From: a virus
Reading direction: 5' to 3' (one strand)
DNA: 28,168 bases
UHGV virus genome: UHGV-0200095
Position 1 is the first letter of the stretch, and each line of letters opens with the position of its first letter. Below, piece by piece: positions 1-6,137 of this stretch. Below the pieces are notes generated by a model, which was not told the origin of the DNA, made no database searches, and worked only from the letters and a program-made list of their open reading frames with translations. A program made the translations under genes and the position numbers.

Positions 1-72
1 TTGAGTTTTCCCTTGCTACTACGCTTGAGTTTCCCCATGCTTCTACGCTTGAGTTTTCCCTTGCTTCTACGC
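1..72. repeat. 24-bp coding tandem repeat, 3 units (1-24, 25-48, 49-72)
   Basis: Unit ttgagttt(t/c)ccc(t/a)tgct(a/t)ctacgc read directly. Confidence 0.95.
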
Positions 73-223
73 TTGATAAATATTTCTTTCTTACAACGGC
101 TCTATTCTGCCTAGTTCCAAATTTAATATATATTTTTCCCCTAAAGTCCTCTGGTATATCGTCCAATTCTTCTTGACTTCTGACAGCTATCTCACGCGCT
201 TTAGAATAATCAATTTTTTTCAT
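1..223 (-). CDS. 5' part of junction-spanning gene (continues at 28168->27624); protein with 8-aa SSV(E/V)A(R/W)(E/G)N repeats
   Basis: ATG at 223 with AAGGAG RBS. Reads MKKIDYSKAREIAVRSQEELDDIPEDFRGKIYIKFG...SSVEARENSSVEAWGNSSVVARENS. Base 1 plus 28168-28167 form the codon AGC, keeping the frame open. Confidence 0.85.
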   Translation of the reverse strand, partial: MKKIDYSKAREIAVRSQEELDDIPEDFRGKIYIKFGTRQNRAVVRKKYLSSVEARENSSVEAWGNSSVVARENS

Positions 224-236
224 TTCCTATCTCCTT

Positions 237-962
237 TTACAAATTTATTTGTTCAGGTGGCAAAACCATCTTAATCATTTTCGCAACAGTTGAGTTCGGA
301 GCCTTTTCCAAAAGCTCTTGCAAATATTCCGGGTCTTCGTCTTTCACACTTCCAATCGTTCGCCCGTCATATCTTCCGCCATGTAGTTCGTAATACATTG
401 CCTCGCGTATCGTTGGAGCCTTTTCTTGAGTTCGAGGCTCAAATTTGCCGCTATTTCCGTCGCTTTCTTTTTTCTTGATAGATTTGTCAAGTTTTCTCGT
501 TTTGTCCGCCTGGGTGTATTTTGTGCGGTCATTTTCCCAATACACATTCGCACCCATGCCTAAATTTTTACAAGCAACCCCGATTGCGTCAGTAATTGCC
601 ATTTTGTAAGCCTCGTCGGATGTTGACAATCCTGAGCTTTTTGTTTCGCGAACAAGTTTATTTCCGCCCGTTCCGCTGATTGGTTTTGACCATTCGCCAT
701 TTACCTTTACAAATAGCTCAATTTCAGCAAATGTGAAAATGTCTAAACTTTCGCCACAAGTTTCGGTCCATAAGCGTTTAACATTGTAATACCAGCCAAA
801 GCCACACATTCCAAAATATTCAGTCAAACACTTCATTCTCCAGATTGTGTTTATATCTGTGCCTTTGAATTTCCCGTTATCAAACGGCTTTAATGCGTTT
901 TGTGGGACTTCTCTGTATTTTTCCCAAAACTCCATCTTTTTTTCTTTTATTTCTTCCACCAT
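237..962 (-). CDS. Rad52/Sak-like single-strand annealing protein
   Basis: TDIN..WR...LTE.FG.CG.GW and DEA.KMA.TDA...A...LG....VYW motifs typical of phage Rad52/22-like proteins. Small C-terminal GGRYDG..I..V...DPEYL domain. Confidence 0.75.
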   Translation of the reverse strand: MVEEIKEKKMEFWEKYREVPQNALKPFDNGKFKGTDINTIWRMKCLTEYFGMCGFGWYYNVKRLWTETCGESLDIFTFAEIELFVKVNGEWSKPISGTGGNKLVRETKSSGLSTSDEAYKMAITDAIGVACKNLGMGANVYWENDRTKYTQADKTRKLDKSIKKKESDGNSGKFEPRTQEKAPTIREAMYYELHGGRYDGRTIGSVKDEDPEYLQELLEKAPNSTVAKMIKMVLPPEQINL

Positions 963-1153
963 TCTTGATTTTCCCCCTCTTCGTTGATTTCAATCGCGTC
1001 AAACGCTTTTTCATATCTTCGCAGTGCGTCAATAAGTGTTTCGTTTTCGCGTTTTTGTTCTTGTTCGAACAATTTTACATGACGCATACTTTCAAGTCCG
1101 ATTTTTTTGCAGATTCGCTGAAAGTCTTGCGCGTCTTCTTGTGTCAAATTCAT
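947..1153 (-). CDS. hypothetical protein, first gene of early operon
   Basis: ORF with AAGGGAGG RBS immediately downstream of a consensus promoter. Confidence 0.8.
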   Translation of the reverse strand: MNLTQEDAQDFQRICKKIGLESMRHVKLFEQEQKRENETLIDALRRYEKAFDAIEINEEGENQEWWKK

Positions 1154-1180
1154 AATAACCTCCCTTTTTGACTTTACTCA

Positions 1181-1239
1181 ATATTACCATTTTGAAAACG
1201 CCTTGTCAACACTTTTTATGCATTTTTTCTAGTTTTTTT
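1181..1239 (-). promoter_or_regulatory. sigma-A promoter (class A) with A-tract UP element
   Basis: TTGACA (1209-1204), 17 nt spacer, TGn-TAATAT (1186-1181). The block 1204-1239 matches 25276-25311 at 34/36 nt. Confidence 0.85.
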
Positions 1240-1360
1240 AAAAAAAATATCTTTTCTTCTTAAGTCAACCAAAAACGGGGCTTAATCCCGCAAAATTGCA
1301 GAAAGGTGGCATTTTTTGTTTCTTAGGTAGTCCAAAAAGTGGAGATAATATACTTTAAAT

Positions 1361-1393
1361 AAAAAAAGCAGACAAGCCACATTGTCCACTTTT
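1361..1393 (-). terminator. intrinsic terminator of candidate sRNA
   Basis: AGUGGACAA-UGUGGC-UUGUCUGCU followed by a U-tract. Confidence 0.8.
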
Positions 1394-1542
1394 TATACCC
1401 ATGACCACGAGAACACATCAAGGGAGAGATGTGTCGCTAATTGCTTGCAATTAATCCTCAATTCGGTCACCCCCTGCACAATGTTTGGTGTCAAGGTGCA
1501 GGCACAAAACGGCATTCACGTGTGGCGCTTTGCCGTATGTCG
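1361..1542 (-). ncRNA. candidate stand-alone structured small RNA (~180 nt)
   Basis: Own promoter upstream, two hairpins with 16-nt loops, a multibranch domain and an intrinsic terminator. No credible ORF or RBS inside. Confidence 0.7.
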
Positions 1543-1547
1543 ATATA

Positions 1548-1584
1548 AATATAACACTGGTTGAATAAATATGCAACTGATTTT
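1548..1584 (-). promoter_or_regulatory. sigma-A promoter (class B) of candidate sRNA
   Basis: TTGCAT (1576-1571), 17 nt spacer, TGn-TATATT (1553-1548). AAAATCAGTTG is shared with the promoter at 27636-27649. Confidence 0.7.
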
Positions 1585-1589
1585 CGCAT

Positions 1590-1631
1590 AAAAATAAAAA
1601 AATAAAGCGGAGGAGATTCAACCGCCTTATT
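1590..1631 (-). terminator. intrinsic terminator ending the membrane-protein operon
   Basis: AUAAGGCGG...CCGCUUUAU hairpin plus long U-tract just after the stop of 1666..2595. Confidence 0.8.
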
Positions 1632-1665
1632 TTCACAATCATGGTGGAAAGATTGCAATAATATT

Positions 1666-2595
1666 TTACAACACAATTTCGGCTTTATCAATCAAATTGT
1701 CTTTGTTGTTTAAATTTGGACTTTCGTTTTCAGCCTCTGGCAAAAGCGTCACAATGTCGATTTTTTCGGCGTAAATGCTTGACGCCATAAACTCCTCGAG
1801 AAACACCTTTAATTTCAGATAGAAGCGCGTTCTATGACTTGCAATTGAGTTATATCCCGCATTATAACTTGTGATTATGTTAAATGCTATAAGAATTATA
1901 TATGTCAACAATTGTGCAAGTTTTCCAACCGTAAATCCGCCGTCACCAAAAATCAAGTAAGCCAGGAAAATCGCCCCAACGGTAGAAGTTAACAGCTTTG
2001 ATATCAGCATGAATGTGTCGTATGTGGTTTCGTCTGAGCGAACGTCATATGGTTTTTGATTATTCGCAAAACCCGTTTTGATAACAGAAGGATTAATTTT
2101 TTTGACTTTCACGCCGTTAGTCAAAAGACTAAACAACTTCTGCTTTTGCTTATCGGTTAAATTCTTTTGAGAAAATGCCAAATTGTGGTCTTGCAAGCAC
2201 GTTTGATATATTTCAAAGTCAACATTCATTTTTATCAGTTTTTGTTTAATTTTCGCCAATCTGTTTTGCTCGGTTGCGTATTCGCAAAATTTATCAATGT
2301 TTGCAAGTTTTTTCTCGCCCGAGATTTTATCCATGAGCAGAGAATAGTTTTGTCGTGCTGATATATATTGCTGGTTGCAAGACTTTGCCTTCAATTTCCC
2401 GTTCGGAAACCAAATCGAAGTCAGCAATATCATAAGCCCCAAATTGACGCATAATGACGTCCAAAAGTCTTTGTCTAGTTTCTCACGAAAACTAATCGAC
2501 ACAAATAAATAAACGACTAGAGCGACAACAATTAGTGCCGTAAACATCCAGCCCCAGCCATTTTTAACAATGTTTTTTAATTTATCTTTATCCAC
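1666..2595 (-). CDS. integral membrane protein (2 N-terminal + 2 C-terminal predicted TM helices, soluble middle)
   Basis: 309 aa, GTG start, four hydrophobic stretches. Confidence 0.8.
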   Translation of the reverse strand: MDKDKLKNIVKNGWGWMFTALIVVALVVYLFVSISFREKLDKDFWTSLCVNLGLMILLTSIWFPNGKLKAKSCNQQYISARQNYSLLMDKISGEKKLANIDKFCEYATEQNRLAKIKQKLIKMNVDFEIYQTCLQDHNLAFSQKNLTDKQKQKLFSLLTNGVKVKKINPSVIKTGFANNQKPYDVRSDETTYDTFMLISKLLTSTVGAIFLAYLIFGDGGFTVGKLAQLLTYIILIAFNIITSYNAGYNSIASHRTRFYLKLKVFLEEFMASSIYAEKIDIVTLLPEAENESPNLNNKDNLIDKAEIVL

Positions 2596-2613
2596 AATCC
2601 ACCACCAATTATT

Positions 2614-3084
2614 TTATTTTTTATGAGTTTTCAAATATTGTTCGATTCCATTAAATCCCAGCCCTGCCGCCATAGAGCAACATATTGCAAATAACGGACC
2701 TCGCAAACTTACCATTTGCTTTTCAATTAGACATACCACGAAATAACAAATCAAAAACGGTGCGATAAAAATCAAGTTGTGAAACATGTCCTGCTTTGCC
2801 TCGATTTCGTGCTTCTTTTGAATAAGTTCGCGTTTCTTGTCATCGTCCATGCATTCAAGAATTTGGTCTGTCAGTTTTGTGAGTGTTTTGCGGTAATGCT
2901 TGCCCAAAAAGTAAATAGCAATCAAAACCATGCATGCAAGCACAAACACGCCACTCAACCCGATTTTTGCCATGACGCTAACATCTTTTTTCATTAGTTC
3001 GTCAATGACGCAAAAATACAAAGCAATTCCGCCAGGCACAAAGTATGAAAATATCCTATAGAGCCATAAAAGAACTTTATCCAT
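2614..3084 (-). CDS. integral membrane protein (~4 TM; holin candidate)
   Basis: 156 aa with two hydrophobic hairpins and a charged helical linker. Confidence 0.75.
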   Translation of the reverse strand: MDKVLLWLYRIFSYFVPGGIALYFCVIDELMKKDVSVMAKIGLSGVFVLACMVLIAIYFLGKHYRKTLTKLTDQILECMDDDKKRELIQKKHEIEAKQDMFHNLIFIAPFLICYFVVCLIEKQMVSLRGPLFAICCSMAAGLGFNGIEQYLKTHKK

Positions 3085-3086
3085 GA

Positions 3087-3602
3087 CTACCTCTCAAAAA
3101 CTATTGTTTCGGTTTGTGGGGTTTCTTCTTGTTTGTCGGGTTCTTTTTCGCAAACTTCGTTTTCGCCTGTCTCAACTAATATTTCAGGCTCAGACAAAAT
3201 ATTTTCGACCTTTTTCAACGCGTCTTCAATCGTCATGCCCATGATTTGTTCGTATTGGGCTTTTAACTGGGCGTTGTACTGGTTGAACATTCTTTCAACT
3301 TTTGCGTCAAGGTCTTTAATACCGCCCGAAATAATGTCGCTTGACGACTTAAAGAAAGTATTAAAAGCCTCGGGAAGTGCTGTTTTGATTTCGACCAACT
3401 TGTCGACAAGTGGGGTGTTTGCCTTTCTGATTTTCTTTGTTTGGATTGCCAAAAATATAAATTTCAAAATATAAGTCAAACATACGGTCACAATCGTTGG
3501 TATTGAAATCCAACCTAAAATCCTAGACCAGTTTGTCGAACAAAAGTCACTTGCTTTTTGCAACCATTCCGCCGATTGTGCCAAAAGTGTGATATTAATC
3601 AT
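3087..3602 (-). CDS. single-TM protein with helical/coiled-coil body and acidic tail
   Basis: Hydrophobic segment ILGWISIPTIVTVCLTYILKFIFLAI. Coupled to the upstream ORF by a short overlap. Confidence 0.75.
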   Translation of the reverse strand: MINITLLAQSAEWLQKASDFCSTNWSRILGWISIPTIVTVCLTYILKFIFLAIQTKKIRKANTPLVDKLVEIKTALPEAFNTFFKSSSDIISGGIKDLDAKVERMFNQYNAQLKAQYEQIMGMTIEDALKKVENILSEPEILVETGENEVCEKEPDKQEETPQTETIVFER

Positions 3603-3999
3603 GCTTTCCTCCTTTAAATAGAACAGACAAAGCGATTAGCATCTTCTCAACCATGCCCGCAAGTTCTTTGACTTCCCTTTCAAGTATTGCGAATTTGTCA
3701 ACAACCTCAATCGTTCCGTCATCGAGTGTTTGGATTTCAATGTCAGGCGCCTTTACTTTCGTCAACAATTTGCCGTCTTTGTATCTTTTGGCGACAATGG
3801 ACAATTTGTCTTTTACGAAAACAACAAGTTCGCCGTTTTCTAGGCGTTTATTTTCGCCGTTGACTTCAAGAATAGTGTCGACACCTTTTATGGCGTCACA
3901 GACCTGTATTTTAATTTCCTCATTAGGATTATCGAGAAAAACCGAATTTGGCGTCCAGTGAGCAAATTTGCCCGTCAGATTAAGTGTTAGTGTCTTCAT
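3595..3999 (-). CDS. hypothetical protein (beta-rich N-terminus, coiled-coil C-terminus)
   Basis: 134 aa ORF with GGGGG-type RBS, in operon. Confidence 0.75.
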   Translation of the reverse strand: MKTLTLNLTGKFAHWTPNSVFLDNPNEEIKIQVCDAIKGVDTILEVNGENKRLENGELVVFVKDKLSIVAKRYKDGKLLTKVKAPDIEIQTLDDGTIEVVDKFAILEREVKELAGMVEKMLIALSVLFKGGKHD

Positions 4000-4007
4000 A
4001 TTGCCCC

Positions 4008-4253
4008 CTAGTCTTTATTTGGCTCAATTCCGCTCAACGCAACATATAACTCGAATAGTTTTTCCTGATGATTGAGTTCGTCACTTATTAACTCGCTTAT
4101 CGTTGAAATAAAAGCCGTTCTGTCGGGTTCTTCTATTTCGCTGTTGTTGATTTCAGCAATCAAACGAGTGTAGTCTAGGATTGCCTGTGCTTCTGCTTTT
4201 TGGTTAAATTGCAATTTTTCCGCAATTTCTGATTTGCTTACAATTTCGTCCAT
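4008..4253 (-). CDS. small two-helix ferritin-like protein
   Basis: Start reassigned to ATG 4253 (AAAGGAG RBS). E..AI..Y and DELNH (ExxH) motifs of the ferritin-like superfamily. Confidence 0.7.
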   Translation of the reverse strand: MDEIVSKSEIAEKLQFNQKAEAQAILDYTRLIAEINNSEIEEPDRTAFISTISELISDELNHQEKLFELYVALSGIEPNKD

Positions 4254-4268
4254 AAAAAACTCCTTTTC

Positions 4269-4315
4269 AAAAAGTATAGCATATCGATTTGTTTTTTTCA
4301 ACCGATATGCCACAC
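4269..4315 (-). terminator. intrinsic terminator with an embedded sigma-A promoter
   Basis: 16-bp stem GUGUGGCAUAUCGGUU/AAUCGAUAUGCUAUAC (G-U pairs) plus UUUUU. Contains TTGAAA (4301-4296), 17 nt spacer, TGn-TATACT (4278-4273). Confidence 0.7.
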
Positions 4316-4317
4316 TG

Positions 4318-4443
4318 TTATTTTGATTTGCGCTTGACCGAATAAGCGATTGCGACTACTTGTTTTTGGCTCTTTCCCGCTCGCATTTCAGCCTTTACAT
4401 TATGCTCAAACGCTTTTTGCGATTTTCCTTTCATTAATGGCAT
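4318..4443 (-). CDS. small basic phage protein (41 aa), missed by ORF track
   Basis: MPLMKGKSQKAFEHNVKAEMRAGKSQKQVVAIAYSVKRKSK with GGAGG RBS. Resembles the common phage MPLKKGKS...QAVAIA peptides. Confidence 0.8.
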   Translation of the reverse strand: MPLMKGKSQKAFEHNVKAEMRAGKSQKQVVAIAYSVKRKSK

Positions 4444-4452
4444 ATAACCCTC

Positions 4453-5217
4453 CTATATCGTAAAATAATCAATCACAAGATGTTCAAGTTGGACATTGAG
4501 GATATTAATGTTTTGATAATAAATTTGGACAATATCGTCATTCAGATAACCAAACTCAATGCCCGACAAAACCGCCTTATTTGTGCCTTCAAGATTGCTT
4601 ATGTCCACATTGGTATTGCTGTGATTATCCATATCATTTGCACAAATAAAGGTTATTTTTTTGCCGCCGTTTGCTCCATTTCGAATAGCCCCAGGCGTGA
4701 GCATTATCATTTCGCCAGCGTTTATGATAGTTCCCTCGCCGCTCTCAACTGAGATTGTGCCCGATGCGGTGGTTGTTGTGACAACTTTTCGGCTTCCAGT
4801 TATTGCGGTGTCCCCGATTTTGGCTTTTATGGATATGAGATTGCCGCCATTTTCAGTGTTTACGAAACCCAAGATTTCGTTAATGTGGTCTGCGAGAGTT
4901 GTGTTGTCGTAGACTGCGGTTTTGATATTTCCTTTTTCCGAAATTGTTATATCTTCCCAACTCTTCACTCCGCCCGTAACTTTGACTTGATAGGTGTGTC
5001 CCTTTGTGTAAGTTCCGTTGTCCAAGCACACAAATACATCGCCATCTTCAAAAAGTCTTGAATAGCCTAATGCAGCGGTCATCTGTGCATTTGTTATGCC
5101 ACCGTTCGGAAAGTCTGTAATGTCGTAATCAACAGCGTCATCAAGACTTGTAAGAGCCTCGAATTGTGCCATTGTGAGTTCTTTCTTGCCTTTATAAAAT
5201 ACTCTTGTAGTTGCCAT
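4453..5217 (-). CDS. putative tail-associated structural protein
   Basis: 254 aa, Thr/Gly/Asn-rich and beta-like, downstream of fibre genes. Confidence 0.6.
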   Translation of the reverse strand: MATTRVFYKGKKELTMAQFEALTSLDDAVDYDITDFPNGGITNAQMTAALGYSRLFEDGDVFVCLDNGTYTKGHTYQVKVTGGVKSWEDITISEKGNIKTAVYDNTTLADHINEILGFVNTENGGNLISIKAKIGDTAITGSRKVVTTTTASGTISVESGEGTIINAGEMIMLTPGAIRNGANGGKKITFICANDMDNHSNTNVDISNLEGTNKAVLSGIEFGYLNDDIVQIYYQNINILNVQLEHLVIDYFTI

Positions 5218-5218
5218 A

Positions 5219-5425
5219 TTATTCCTCCATATTTTTCGTTATGTCTTCGTCTAGCAATTCATCACTAACAACATAATCGCTTAATCGAGATTTTGCTATA
5301 TAAATTGGATTTTCCTTTGTCGCATTCCAAAGCATATTATTCGATATTTCCTTGATTTTGTGCGTTGGATGCCAAATTTCAAGACAATCAAACATTCCGT
5401 TATTAAATTCTTGTTTTATATTCAT
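5219..5425 (-). CDS. hypothetical protein (possible fibre partner)
   Basis: 68 aa with AGGAG RBS, in operon. Confidence 0.7.
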   Translation of the reverse strand: MNIKQEFNNGMFDCLEIWHPTHKIKEISNNMLWNATKENPIYIAKSRLSDYVVSDELLDEDITKNMEE

Positions 5426-5434
5426 ACATCGCTC

Positions 5435-6136
5435 CTATTCTGTCGGCATTTCGCTGATTTTTTTAATCTTGCTTGCATATGTTGCCCAATTTGTTGCTGC
5501 TATCCATGTATCATACAAAGCATCAGGAACATAAATAATTAGTTCAGAACTTGTTCCTTGAAGTGCGTTTGTTGCACTGAGTGTAGGAACTGAAGAATTA
5601 TTTGGGAAGACTAATTTTGAAAGTTTTGAGCAACCATTAAATGAATAACTATCAATCGCTGAAATATTTCCTTCGAATGTGAGGGTTTCTAGTCCAGAAC
5701 AACTTTGAAAAGCACTATTATTAATCTTAATTATTCCTGCAGGTATCCTACTTATTGAAAGAGTAGAGCATTGACGAAAAGCACTACTCCCGAGAACTGT
5801 CAAACCATCTGGAAGTTTTGACATACGAAGTCTAGAACAATTTAAAAAAACACTTGACTCAATGCTCGTCACATTCTCAATTCCGGTAATTTCGTTCAAA
5901 TATGAATTATTTCGACAACTAGCATACTCGAATTTTATCAAGGATTTTGGAAAATGAAATGAATAACAAGATTGAAAGTTTGCGAGAGCATTACTCCCGA
6001 TTTGAGTTATATTGGTTTTCGACAAATCAACACTGGGTGCCGTTCTGTCAATAATTCCCTCAATTAAACTATTATTGACTTTCTCAACATAATTAGTCGG
6101 TGTTATGGTTTTTCCGTTTCTATATATCTTGCCCAC
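5435..6136 (-). CDS. BspA-like leucine-rich repeat protein (putative receptor-binding)
   Basis: Repeated IP..(V/L)T.I...AF..C..L units and C-terminal IYVP...Y.....NW..Y cap. GTG 6136 preferred as start (GGAGGT RBS). Confidence 0.85.
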   Translation of the reverse strand: MGKIYRNGKTITPTNYVEKVNNSLIEGIIDRTAPSVDLSKTNITQIGSNALANFQSCYSFHFPKSLIKFEYASCRNNSYLNEITGIENVTSIESSVFLNCSRLRMSKLPDGLTVLGSSAFRQCSTLSISRIPAGIIKINNSAFQSCSGLETLTFEGNISAIDSYSFNGCSKLSKLVFPNNSSVPTLSATNALQGTSSELIIYVPDALYDTWIAATNWATYASKIKKISEMPTE

Positions 6137-6137
6137 T

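Noticed and set aside
1..72. CRISPR array or DGR variable repeat
   Set aside because: Units are contiguous with no spacers and are in-frame coding. Variation falls on adenines, but AAC codons are invariant in the full units and no reverse transcriptase or template repeat is present.
1361..1542. tRNA, tmRNA or known riboswitch identity for the structured RNA
   Set aside because: I could see no T-loop/anticodon cloverleaf, tag ORF or riboswitch consensus that I recognise.
1451..1691. Short minus-strand ORFs 1451..1642 and 1491..1691
   Set aside because: They cross a terminator and a promoter, lack an RBS and have low-complexity translations.
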